From a virus (Duplodnaviria > Caudoviricetes), in IMG/VR virus record IMGVR_UViG_3300027906_000144, positions 1 through 25,048 of that record: a DNA stretch of 25,048 bases. One strand, written 5' to 3'. A program made the position numbers and the translations under genes. The notes below the pieces were generated by a model, which made no database searches, had not been told where the DNA came from, and saw only the letters and a program-made list of their open reading frames with translations. Shown here one piece after another: positions 14,952 through 23,874 of this stretch; the first letter of the stretch is position 1; each line of letters begins with the position of its first letter.

Positions 14952-16294
14952 TATTTTTTAAGTAACAAATTGTAGTCTTTTATTAAGTCTAAGAAGGCAT
15001 CAACCCTGTCAAAAGACCATTTAGAAATCGAATTATTCTTTGAGTGAGTAGATCCATTAAAAGATCCAACCCCACGCTGAAAAACAGAAGACAACATATC
15101 AACATTAACAATATCTCCCAGTTCTTCTTTGTGTGTCTTATTAAACTCATCCACTTTTCTTTGAAGTATCTTTTTATCTTGTTTAGAGATTTCATTTATC
15201 TCTTCATTTAAGGTTGGATTATTATGTGTTTTACAAGGCATATACCAAGTATCTCCCTCATAACTATGGGTGTGGTGTCCTTCACACCCTATATTCTTAG
15301 CAGCCTCCTCTGCTTCTTCTATTGTAGAATATGCAGCCTTTCCATCAATAATTGTAGCGGAAGCCCCTATTGCATTTAATCCCTTAAGCTTAGAAGTTGT
15401 CCAAGTCAACATACTCTTACCTCCCCATAATAAATAAGAAATGGTTCCTCTATTTTCTGGGCCGCTAGGGATATTATATCTTTCTGCTCTAGATAGGTAA
15501 CTATAGATCCTCTTGAGAGTTGGTAATGTAAATTCAGTGTTTTTTGCAATTTGTTGCCCTCTGATTCTTCCCACTTGGGCAGAACTATTATTTCCATTTT
15601 TCTCATTTAGTTCTATCCCTTTTTTAGCGTTGTTAACAGCAGACTTTGGATATCCTCCATAAGATTCTAGCTCTACCTCCTCAGAAAGTTCTGAAATAGC
15701 CTCTAACAGTTCATATTCTGCATTTAGTTCCTCAACGCATTCATCACAAAAAGATTCCGGTAAAGTATCCTTAGGGCCTTCATTAGCGTTGTCTGCAAAG
15801 TAGCCCTCAATAGAAAATCCGTGTACTTCTCCGTCTTTAACTTTTTTCCAAATATCGTCATTATAAACCTTCATAGAAACCATCCAGGTTCCTACCGGTA
15901 CATCAAATCCATATTTCCTAGACTTGTCTTTCTTTTCGTCCTCTACAAGCCAGCTTTCTACCACGGTCATCCCTTCAAGCTTTTCATTATGCTCTAAGGT
16001 AGAATTTGATTGATAGCCTCTTTTAAGGAAAAGCTCTGAGGCTTTTCTTACAGTTTCCTCAGAAAAGTATATATAATAATCTTCATCACTACCTCTTCTT
16101 AATATCTTCTTATTAGGAACTAAAGCTGCCCCCATAAGTATTCGCTTTTCAGCATCTACTTCAGCAAGCATAACAGGTTCTTTCTTGAGGGCAATGAAAT
16201 CTTCTTCTATAGCTGGGTTTTCTACTACCGAAATAGCTTCTATCCCACTAAATTCGTTTTCTTCATCTATAATAAGTTCTATGATCTTCTCCAT
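14951..16294 (-). CDS. prohead protease-like (XkdF-like) multidomain head protein
   Basis: N-terminal ~170 aa with AISVVENPAIE, LMGAALVPNK, VVESW, GTWMVSMKV and GFSIEG, followed by three short appended modules. Confidence 0.7.
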   Translation of the reverse strand: MEKIIELIIDEENEFSGIEAISVVENPAIEEDFIALKKEPVMLAEVDAEKRILMGAALVPNKKILRRGSDEDYYIYFSEETVRKASELFLKRGYQSNSTLEHNEKLEGMTVVESWLVEDEKKDKSRKYGFDVPVGTWMVSMKVYNDDIWKKVKDGEVHGFSIEGYFADNANEGPKDTLPESFCDECVEELNAEYELLEAISELSEEVELESYGGYPKSAVNNAKKGIELNEKNGNNSSAQVGRIRGQQIAKNTEFTLPTLKRIYSYLSRAERYNIPSGPENRGTISYLLWGGKSMLTWTTSKLKGLNAIGASATIIDGKAAYSTIEEAEEAAKNIGCEGHHTHSYEGDTWYMPCKTHNNPTLNEEINEISKQDKKILQRKVDEFNKTHKEELGDIVNVDMLSSVFQRGVGSFNGSTHSKNNSISKWSFDRVDAFLDLIKDYNLLLKK

Positions 16295-16324
16295 ACTATT
16301 ATAACTATTTATTTTGACTATTGT
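16295..16324 (-). promoter_or_regulatory. putative phage late promoter
   Basis: ACA-N16-GTTATAATAGT-ATG. Confidence 0.7.
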
Positions 16325-16340
16325 TTTATTATACTATCAT

Positions 16341-17966
16341 TTAACCAGAAACAACAGACCCTTCCATTGTTATTTTTCTTAAATCTTCAGCTTCTATAAT
16401 GTCTCTATCCCTTATAATAGCAATTGTCTGTTCGTTTCTTGTGCCACTTATAGCTTGACCTAATTGATCTATTCCTGAATTGCCAACCACATTAAATATC
16501 GGGGCTTGAGATTCTCCAGTTCCCGCCCCTTGACCTATTGGGCTGTTTGAATTAAGAGATCTTAATGCAACTGATGTTTGTGCAGCAATAGCAAGTTGAG
16601 CTGCAACTGCACCGGCGGTTGCTAAAAAACCTTTAGGACTCGCGTCCAAAGCGTGGTAAGATTGCCAAACTCCAACACTAGCAGCGGCAGATGAGGCTAT
16701 AATAGCTGCTTTTGCTAGAGCTTTATTTTGCCGGTTCAATTCTGCCGAAGCTTGAAAGAAATCAGCCACTCCTTTAAGTAAAGTAGAATAATGATCAAAT
16801 CGAGCTTGTTGTTCCGCTTTTTGTGTTTTATCTCTTTGTTCTTTTTCTATTTTGTCGTGCTTTTTATTCATTAATTCAACGGCTTGAAGATAAAGCTTAG
16901 TTTCCCTTGTTGCCTCGCCAAATTTAGCCTTTAAAGCATCTAAATCTTGTTGTCTTCTGGTTTTTGTTAACCCAAAAATAACAGCAAATAATGAAGGCAA
17001 TTCCCTTTCTATTTCTGCTAGATAAGCATCCAACTCTGTTATAATGCCAACTTTATTAGGATCAAATTGTTCTTCTATGTTCAAAAATCCTTTATTTATA
17101 TCAATCAATTCCTCAGATAGGTCGTTAGCAACATCCGCTGATTTTTTTGTACTTCTAGAGAATTTTTCTTGCAAAGGGTGTAAATCCTTTAGTAGATTTT
17201 TGTATTCCCTCGAATTAATTACTACCTCCTTCCCTGACTTTTTAGCCTCTTCTTGTGCTTTCTTTATTAAGTTGACTCTTGCATCTTCTAGTTCGAGCAT
17301 TCTAGCATATTCTCTTACTAAATTCCTAACAGTTTCATCACTAAAATCATTTAAATTCTCAAAAGCCTCTTTAAATTCTTTTGATTCCTTAACAAGAAAG
17401 CCAATTTCTTCTCTAAGAGCATTGCCAGATATATCATAGTCTTTTATGTTTTTAGTTAAAGCCTGTAAAACACTCCTCTGTTCTGAAAATATATCGGTTT
17501 GTTGTTTAGCTGCTCTAGCTGCTTTTTCTTGATTAATAGAATACCTTTCTAACAAAGCTACAAGCGCCTGAAAAGCTAGTATAATTCCTAAAGGACCAAA
17601 TAACTGCGCCTTTAATCGAGAAAGCGCCCCAATAAATCCACTCATCCCTGACCCTTGCTTAGAAACAAGAGTTATGAATAATGTAGATAATTGAGAGAGG
17701 TTGTTTGCCATACCCCTTATTCCGTAATTAGAGTCAGATATGGTTCTACCTAATTCAGTTAATGTCGCACCAGCAAGACCAGCATCGCTAATCATATTCT
17801 TTTGACCTTGATTAGCTCCAGCTAAAGCTGCTTGTTGCTTCTTAAGATCAGAACTAACTTTATTTACAGCATTATCTAGACTAACAAAAGACTTAGTTAA
17901 GCCATCGACTTTAACTTTTCCCTTGTCGTTTATTTCAAAAGTAAATTGTATTCTATTGTCGGCCAT
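16341..17966 (-). CDS. tape measure protein
   Basis: Long helical Ala/Lys/Glu-rich protein with hydrophobic segments (FGPLGIILAFQALVAL; AAIIASSAAASVGVW) and a C-terminal PIFNVVG...QLGQAI. Confidence 0.8.
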   Translation of the reverse strand: MADNRIQFTFEINDKGKVKVDGLTKSFVSLDNAVNKVSSDLKKQQAALAGANQGQKNMISDAGLAGATLTELGRTISDSNYGIRGMANNLSQLSTLFITLVSKQGSGMSGFIGALSRLKAQLFGPLGIILAFQALVALLERYSINQEKAARAAKQQTDIFSEQRSVLQALTKNIKDYDISGNALREEIGFLVKESKEFKEAFENLNDFSDETVRNLVREYARMLELEDARVNLIKKAQEEAKKSGKEVVINSREYKNLLKDLHPLQEKFSRSTKKSADVANDLSEELIDINKGFLNIEEQFDPNKVGIITELDAYLAEIERELPSLFAVIFGLTKTRRQQDLDALKAKFGEATRETKLYLQAVELMNKKHDKIEKEQRDKTQKAEQQARFDHYSTLLKGVADFFQASAELNRQNKALAKAAIIASSAAASVGVWQSYHALDASPKGFLATAGAVAAQLAIAAQTSVALRSLNSNSPIGQGAGTGESQAPIFNVVGNSGIDQLGQAISGTRNEQTIAIIRDRDIIEAEDLRKITMEGSVVSG

Positions 17967-18102
17967 ATTTTCTACGTTTAACTGTTTCTCTCATTTCTTT
18001 GAATGTTTGTGGAGCTTTATGGCTTCCTTTTGCAAATTGAATTAATTCATTTGCATCATAATAGTCCATAAGTTTCAATCCTTCTATAACTTGTTTAATC
18101 AT
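17953..18102 (-). CDS. 49-aa hypothetical protein
   Basis: Below the ORF-track cutoff. MIKQVIEGLKLMDYYDANELIQFAKGSHKAPQTFKEMRETVKRRKYGRQ fills the gap between the hub and tape measure genes. Confidence 0.75.
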   Translation of the reverse strand: MIKQVIEGLKLMDYYDANELIQFAKGSHKAPQTFKEMRETVKRRKYGRQ

Positions 18103-18106
18103 CTTA

Positions 18107-20536
18107 TTATGTTATTTGTTGACTTAAATCTACCGTAACTATTGAATTATCAGCCCTTACTATACTTCCAGAGACATTAGCAGCTAAATCTCTAACATTA
18201 TCTGTCAACAATTCATCTACTGTTTTGTTTAATAATTCAAACCTAGTTCTACCGTCACTTAGATTTGTTGTCATCTTGTTAATCTTATACTCTGTGTCAA
18301 ATATTATTAACGTGTCATTTAAACTTATTTCATATAATATTTCTGAAGGCAGAATAGCCTTCATAGTATAAAGCCTCCTAGTTACATCAAAAGTCTGTTT
18401 TATATAATTTTCATAATATTCTAAAAACAAAGTGCGTAAAAAAGGAGTAAATGTATATTCGTTTTCTTCTGCATTAAAATGGATGTTAGGAGTAGGCATC
18501 GTTTCTGTAGAAGACTTAGCCATCAGTTGTTCTAATGTTACACTATTTGATGGAATGTAATAACTCGACAAACTAACAGATGTAGAAGAACTAACAACAA
18601 CTTCAATAGGATTAATCCCAGATCCAGATTGTAATATTGGATAAAAAAGTAAAGGCTTCCCCATATAGGAATTAAAAGATCCATCAACACTATATCCCCA
18701 TTGGACAGAGGTTTTGTTGTTTTCATCTGTTGTGTCATCTTTATCCCACAGCCTATTAAATTGTTGATGCTCAAAAGGGACAATTACTTCATACTTTTCT
18801 CCTATATTTAATAATTCAGAGTTTTCTGTAGGGGTCTCTCCAGGATATACCGATGTTCCCCAAGTCCTTCCATTTTTTTCACCAAATTGCTCTGCAAAAA
18901 CCGTGTCTAAACCATCATATTTAAACTCAACTTCAGAGTAGGGTAAAGCTGATGATAATGTAGATTTAGTGTTATCTATATATTGTGTTACATTTATATC
19001 ACTGCCTGCTCTGTAAAATGAGTCTAAAGTTTTTATTACCAACTCACCTGAACTCCCCTCAACAACTGTTAGGTTAAACATTTTAAACAACCCTCCTAAG
19101 AAATCTATTATTCTCATATCATTAGATAATAGATTTGAAGCTGCAAATTCATAATCTGTATCCACCGTTATAGTGCCTGTATAAGCTATTGTTCTGGTAG
19201 TCTTAAAAGTGCCAAACACACTTAAGTCTGCTGGCTTTCTCTTTTTAATGGTAAAATTAAAATCAAATTGACCCGCATTAGCAGATTCTATATAGAACGT
19301 GTAATTCCCAGGAGTAGCTTCAGGGGCATTGGCTCCTAATATTTCTGAGTTAAGGAGGCCGTCAAAAGTTAAGGGTGTTAATGAAGTAACAACTGCTTTT
19401 GATTCTACTCTTACAGGGCTTTGATTGCCAAAAAGATTATCAAATCTCTGAAAGTCCTTACCGTCTTTTTTGATGACAAAATTATACATACTCGTTGCAG
19501 AAGGAGCTGTAATGTCTACGCCTATAAAAAATTCAGTTTTACCGGAAAGATGAGGTGCGCTTGGTATTAGTTGAATGGAATCTCCCCTGGCTTGTGGACT
19601 ATTAGACTTCATTCCAGCCTCACTACTACCTACAGCTACACCAAAGCTTTGTATTTGTTGTGATGGTAAGTCTAAAGGAATTTGTCCTTTGTTTCTGTTT
19701 AGCCAGACAAACAATTCAGCATAAGCCGGGTTATCATAGTAAGTGTCACTTGAATCTTTTCCGAGCGTGAAAAAATCGTCACTAAAAGTTATATTTGAGT
19801 ACTGAGCTTGTATGGCCTCTATTATAGTGTGAACTCTTAAGGCGGGTTTTAGCTCTCTGAAATTAACTCCTTTTTGGTTACCGTGAGGATATAAATTATT
19901 ATCTAGGGTATTATCCACAGAATTATACACTAATTGGCTTGTGGCTGTTATAAGAGGAACCAATAAACTATCTGCACAATTAACAGTTACACCGGTTGAA
20001 GCGTTTCTAACAGCAACATTTTGAGCGGTGTTCATTAGGGTTCCTATATTTGTTGCCGTGTAATCTATTTTTGTAGCCTCTAATGCAACTAAACTGCTTA
20101 ATGTCTTATCTCCTAGAGTTTCTGACAATTTAACTGAATTACCAAAAAATATTAAGGTATACGAATAAGGTTTTCCCCCTCGTAGTTCAGTAGATTGAAT
20201 TTGTATTCTCCCTCTTTTAAACAGCTTGTAATTTATGTGTAACTCAGCATCCACCCTTTTTCTTATATCAAAAGGAACTCCATCTCCATCAGGATCTGCT
20301 CCTCTATATATATTGGGATTGTAAAAATGTCTAAATATTTGATTATTCTTTTTACTAGCAGGGATAGTGAATGTCCTAGAAAACTCTGTAAAAACCTTTG
20401 ATATATCCCGAACATCCTGCTTGACCTGAACCAACTCTATTGATTCAAAATCAAAGAACTCCACCTCTTTGTAAGAGGTGTGCGTTGTTTGACCAGAAGC
20501 TATAGGATCATAAATATATAATTGAGTTGAGATCAT
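18107..20536 (-). CDS. large tail tip/hub protein
   Basis: 809 aa with QDVRDISKVFTEFSRTFTIPASKKNN, IIDFLGGLFKMFNL, KPLLFY and YKINKMTTNL...FELLN, typical of Bacteroidetes phage tail proteins. Confidence 0.75.
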   Translation of the reverse strand: MISTQLYIYDPIASGQTTHTSYKEVEFFDFESIELVQVKQDVRDISKVFTEFSRTFTIPASKKNNQIFRHFYNPNIYRGADPDGDGVPFDIRKRVDAELHINYKLFKRGRIQIQSTELRGGKPYSYTLIFFGNSVKLSETLGDKTLSSLVALEATKIDYTATNIGTLMNTAQNVAVRNASTGVTVNCADSLLVPLITATSQLVYNSVDNTLDNNLYPHGNQKGVNFRELKPALRVHTIIEAIQAQYSNITFSDDFFTLGKDSSDTYYDNPAYAELFVWLNRNKGQIPLDLPSQQIQSFGVAVGSSEAGMKSNSPQARGDSIQLIPSAPHLSGKTEFFIGVDITAPSATSMYNFVIKKDGKDFQRFDNLFGNQSPVRVESKAVVTSLTPLTFDGLLNSEILGANAPEATPGNYTFYIESANAGQFDFNFTIKKRKPADLSVFGTFKTTRTIAYTGTITVDTDYEFAASNLLSNDMRIIDFLGGLFKMFNLTVVEGSSGELVIKTLDSFYRAGSDINVTQYIDNTKSTLSSALPYSEVEFKYDGLDTVFAEQFGEKNGRTWGTSVYPGETPTENSELLNIGEKYEVIVPFEHQQFNRLWDKDDTTDENNKTSVQWGYSVDGSFNSYMGKPLLFYPILQSGSGINPIEVVVSSSTSVSLSSYYIPSNSVTLEQLMAKSSTETMPTPNIHFNAEENEYTFTPFLRTLFLEYYENYIKQTFDVTRRLYTMKAILPSEILYEISLNDTLIIFDTEYKINKMTTNLSDGRTRFELLNKTVDELLTDNVRDLAANVSGSIVRADNSIVTVDLSQQIT

Positions 20537-21294
20537 TATCTAACAGAATTTATCGTTTCAGATGCAAAATCAAATTGAATGGAATAGTTTATGGTTTTAT
20601 TGTTTACGCTAGTTGCATATTGTAATTGCTTTGTTGTTGGTATCGTAGCTAATACATTCCCCTCGTAAGTAATCCAAACATCTTCAGATAATAATAATTC
20701 TTCTACAGTCTGATTAAAGTCTTCGTTCACAAATCCCGTGTTAAGAACAAGTTTAGTCATTCCCTTAACATTATACCTTTGCATTTGAGCCTCTTTAGTA
20801 TCATAAGAAGCAGAAGAACTTATAATGTTCTTCTGAAACCTAGCATCCGTCACTTCTAGCCCTTCTGTAGACTTCTTGAAGAAATACATCGTTTGGATTA
20901 CTCCATACTTGTTTATAAATTGGCACTTAATTGGAGTGAACTTAGGTTCACAAACTGGCGTTAGTGTTATGCTTTTTAATAATGTAGTTTGGCCATTATT
21001 ATATACGTTTATAGTATAGGGGGAATTGTTGGTGTTTGGCGCAAAAGCGACATACTTAACAGCACTTGCAGCAGTATTGTCAAAATCTGCTGCTAAATCT
21101 ACCGTAGTGGGAGTTCCATTTACAGTATATGTAATTTCTATGTCATCTTCCGTGAAGAAAGGGATATCTATAGATGTCCCTTCTAGTGTGTAAACATAAT
21201 TAGATGATATAAGTGCGTGTCTGCTAAGCTCAGGTTGTACTCCGTCTTTAAAGTATCCATATCCATCAAACGCTAAAAAATATTCTGTTGCCAT
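20536..21294 (-). CDS. tail (distal-tail-like) structural protein, C-terminal part
   Basis: Motifs LAFDGYGYF, CEPKFTP..FINKYG, LNTGFV, ELLLSE.VW and INYSIQF. Its stop overlaps the hub start. Confidence 0.65.
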   Translation of the reverse strand: MATEYFLAFDGYGYFKDGVQPELSRHALISSNYVYTLEGTSIDIPFFTEDDIEITYTVNGTPTTVDLAADFDNTAASAVKYVAFAPNTNNSPYTINVYNNGQTTLLKSITLTPVCEPKFTPIKCQFINKYGVIQTMYFFKKSTEGLEVTDARFQKNIISSSASYDTKEAQMQRYNVKGMTKLVLNTGFVNEDFNQTVEELLLSEDVWITYEGNVLATIPTTKQLQYATSVNNKTINYSIQFDFASETINSVR

Positions 21295-21297
21295 ATT

Positions 21298-21582
21298 TTA
21301 TGTTATTGTGGATTCTATTTGAATCCATTTTATGTAACTTTTATTACTACTAAAAGGTGTTGCTATTGTTTTGTCTAAATGTTCTCTTACTACGTCAGAT
21401 ATTTCAAATATTACATAATCATCTCCAGGAAGAGGTTCTTTTTCTATTGTAGTTATTTTAGTACCTTTATCTGTATTTTTTATGCCAGAGTACACATATA
21501 TATCTATAGAGGTCTTAACCATACTGGATTGAGTATACTTAAGGTAAAAAGGACTCCGGACATTTGCTTTTACTTCTGGCAT
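21298..21582 (-). CDS. tail protein N-terminal domain, copy 2
   Basis: NVRSPF...IYVYSG..TDKGT...YVIF....RE...TPF...YIKWIQ, a paralogue of the first ~93 aa of 21584..22150. Confidence 0.75.
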   Translation of the reverse strand: MPEVKANVRSPFYLKYTQSSMVKTSIDIYVYSGIKNTDKGTKITTIEKEPLPGDDYVIFEISDVVREHLDKTIATPFSSNKSYIKWIQIESTIT

Positions 21583-21583
21583 A

Positions 21584-22150
21584 TTATGATGATGGTTGAT
21601 CTGTGGTTACTACACATAAAGCGTTTTCATCTAAAGGCTGATAAAAATTACTAGGGATCCTAATGTTTACCTTTGCCGTTCTAGAAATAGGAAGTCCAGA
21701 GGTATTAGCATTATAACTAGCAAGAGATGTTCCAGTCATAGGATTATCTACATCAACAAAAACAACTGAATTAATGGTTAGTGTTCCTGATGATGAAGTT
21801 GGGTATGTTATAGTTCCATCTTGTGCTACAGCAAACCCAGTTAGGTCTGTGCAGTCAGGGATAAAATCTGAAACTGTTTCATCTTCCACTTGAACCCATT
21901 TAACATAAGAGATATTACTATTAAAAGGGGTTTTTATATTGGCTTGTATATAATCTCTAATAATTTCCGCAAGATCAAAAATAACGTAATTATTGTTTCC
22001 TACAGGATATTTTGTCAGTTTATATTTAGCTGTTCCTTTATCCGTGGTTTTAGTCCCAGAATAAACATATATAGTAAGCTTAACAAATCTCAAATTTGTT
22101 CCAGAATATTTCTTAAAGAAGGGACTTCTTACGTTTATTTTAGTTGACAT
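21584..22150 (-). CDS. tail protein N-terminal domain, copy 1, fused to one beta repeat
   Basis: The same NVRSPF domain, followed by CTDLTGFAVAQDGTITYPT...RTAKVNIRIP...CVVTTDQP. Confidence 0.75.
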   Translation of the reverse strand: MSTKINVRSPFFKKYSGTNLRFVKLTIYVYSGTKTTDKGTAKYKLTKYPVGNNNYVIFDLAEIIRDYIQANIKTPFNSNISYVKWVQVEDETVSDFIPDCTDLTGFAVAQDGTITYPTSSSGTLTINSVVFVDVDNPMTGTSLASYNANTSGLPISRTAKVNIRIPSNFYQPLDENALCVVTTDQPSS

Positions 22151-22601
22151 TCTTGCTGGTTGAGTTTTTAAGGTGCTGTTCCACGTCTTTAATATATGCT
22201 GCTGATGAATCTTTAAGCAATGCGTTCATTATTCTAAGTGAAGCCTCATATGATATATTTTTTCCTAGAAACCCCCTTGCTCCTATAGACCTAGCAATAG
22301 CATATGCTGACTTTAGTGTTTTGGTTCCCCTAAAGCCCCCTCTACGGTCCATCCATTGTTTAATTGTTTTATAATGAGGGGCTTTTGAATTAGGCTTTCT
22401 TCCGGTGTGCATAACAGTAAAAGAGGTGTTACCTCCTATTCCTATTCCTATAGAGTCTCCCGTTTCAAAGACATCAGAATACACACTTTCTGCTGTTTGA
22501 CCAGTAACATTCTTCTTAGTTTCCTCCATATATTGCTTTATGGCCTGCTTTATCTTTGGGCCATATCTTTCCATTACCACTCTGAGGTTATTTCTATTCA
22601 C
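22140..22601 (-). CDS. HK97 gp10-like tail completion/neck protein
   Basis: Basic 153-aa protein with TGQTAES, GRKP...P...IKQW and AYAIARSIGARG. Confidence 0.6.
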   Translation of the reverse strand: MNRNNLRVVMERYGPKIKQAIKQYMEETKKNVTGQTAESVYSDVFETGDSIGIGIGGNTSFTVMHTGRKPNSKAPHYKTIKQWMDRRGGFRGTKTLKSAYAIARSIGARGFLGKNISYEASLRIMNALLKDSSAAYIKDVEQHLKNSTSKNVN

Positions 22602-23061
22602 AAGTGCTGAAGTTATCGTTAGGCATTTGTATGGATAGTGTTATTCCCCATCCAACTAATTCATTCTCAAAACGATCTTGGAAGGGTTCAGCTGTAACTT
22701 CTCCAGCTACTTGGAGGTCGCTATTTTCTAATAGCGTGCCTCTTCTTAAATGGCTCTGTAGATCATTTACAACAGCGAGCTGAGTGTTTAATATGTCTTG
22801 CAGATTATCATTACCATAAAACGAATCATAGGTATTAGCATTCTTATTCTTATCGACAATATCCATAGATAATACACTAATATCTGCTGTCATAACGTAG
22901 TCACTAAAGACTACGTTTCCTATGCTTATGTGTGATAATGGGAATATAGTTGTCTTGGTTAAGTCAACCTCCATTATGTCACCAAAGGTTACCGTATTAG
23001 TAATATTGTTGGCTCTTAACCTATCTTTAATCTTGTCTAGTAAGTCGTATACTTCTTTCAT
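22594..23061 (-). CDS. tail terminator-like protein
   Basis: Acidic 155-aa protein with VTFGDI, TIFPLSHI, EPFQDRFENELVGW and a C-terminal Cys. Confidence 0.6.
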   Translation of the reverse strand: MKEVYDLLDKIKDRLRANNITNTVTFGDIMEVDLTKTTIFPLSHISIGNVVFSDYVMTADISVLSMDIVDKNKNANTYDSFYGNDNLQDILNTQLAVVNDLQSHLRRGTLLENSDLQVAGEVTAEPFQDRFENELVGWGITLSIQMPNDNFSTCE

Positions 23062-23312
23062 TTTATTTTCTTAATGGCCGCAGCTTCTAATTGATTCTTT
23101 TCTTTCTCAAACTCAAGCCAACTTAAGGCTTGCGTAACTTTAAGCTTTGTAACGTCTTCAAATTTGAGGAGGTCTCCCTTAGCGATTGCATAAATTGACT
23201 GATACCAACCCCATTTTCGTCCAAAGCTTGCCTCAACTCCGAGTCCTCCTTCTTCAGCTGTTCCTTCAAATAGCCCGTTAAATAAATTGACAGTTCTTTC
23301 CCTAAACGATAA
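23058..23312 (-). CDS. -1 frameshift extension of the tail assembly chaperone (gpGT-like)
   Basis: After G TTT TTT TTT A (23320-23310) the -1 frame is open for 84 codons (LSFRERTVNLFNGLFEG...FGRKWGWYQSIYAIAKGD...EKEKNQLEAAAIKKIK). Its TGA overlaps the ATG of the next gene. Confidence 0.8.
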   Translation of the reverse strand, partial: LSFRERTVNLFNGLFEGTAEEGGLGVEASFGRKWGWYQSIYAIAKGDLLKFEDVTKLKVTQALSWLEFEKEKNQLEAAAIKKIK

Positions 23313-23827
23313 AAAAAAACAACAGCTCCAATTGCTATATCAATAGGCATATCTTTCATTACCTCTGAATATTTACCTGAGCTTTCGTAATCTTCTATAA
23401 GATACATACCTCTCTTATCAAAAGTAACCGGTCTATATAATACAGCCATAGCTTTATGCATATCACTCCAGTCAGCCATATAAGTATCTAAGTCAACAAA
23501 TTCTCCTAAGGATATGTCATCGAGCCTAGGTATAAAACCAAACTCTACTTCCGTGCCTTTTGGGTCCTTTAATGAGAACCTACTTATCATAGGAGTGTCT
23601 CCTTTAAATAACTCATTAAGGTGGTTTATTACAAAATTGAAATCCGTAAGTTTCATATTGTAGGCCTCCTTTAGAGTCAGCCCACAAAAGACCTCTAGCA
23701 TCTTAAGATTAAGAAACTCTGGGTCCTGTGCATCCTTATTATCTTCAGATAGCTTGTAGAATTTTTGGTATTCTTTTAGTGTTATTCCTCTTAGCGACTT
23801 GGGGATGTCTATCTTAAATTGCTTCAT
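23123..23827 (-). CDS. tail assembly chaperone (gpG-like), 234 aa
   Basis: The start at 23827 directly follows the late-promoter motif. Motifs include ITLKEYQ, FGFIP.LD.ISLGEFVDLD and MAVLYRP, with a T9 slippery run at VFFY. Confidence 0.7.
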   Translation of the reverse strand: MKQFKIDIPKSLRGITLKEYQKFYKLSEDNKDAQDPEFLNLKMLEVFCGLTLKEAYNMKLTDFNFVINHLNELFKGDTPMISRFSLKDPKGTEVEFGFIPRLDDISLGEFVDLDTYMADWSDMHKAMAVLYRPVTFDKRGMYLIEDYESSGKYSEVMKDMPIDIAIGAVVFFYRLGKELSIYLTGYLKEQLKKEDSELRQALDENGVGISQFMQSLRETSSNLKTLQSLKLRKP

Positions 23828-23857
23828 ACTAATATAACTAATATTTGGTGTCAGTGT
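23828..23857 (-). promoter_or_regulatory. putative phage late promoter
   Basis: ACA-N16-GTTATATTAGT-ATG at the start of the tail module. Confidence 0.7.
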
Positions 23858-23874
23858 ACCATAAGCAGAACAAA

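Noticed and set aside
6416-18783. Nested minus-strand ORFs 6416, 7592, 14989, 15406 and 18538
   Set aside because: They are short out-of-frame ORFs inside long genes, with no slippery site or start coupling that I could see.
21295-21300. Stop-codon reassignment
   Set aside because: TAA, TAG and TGA all end well-coupled genes, and coding density is high under the standard code. The single in-frame TAA is followed by its own ATG.
2740-22610. Plus-strand ORFs in the track (2740, 3950, 4285, 8522, 9572, 9630, 10571, 14275, 17044, 21379, 21890, 22144, 22407)
   Set aside because: All lie antisense to well-supported minus-strand genes, have no recognisable motifs, and look like shadow ORFs.
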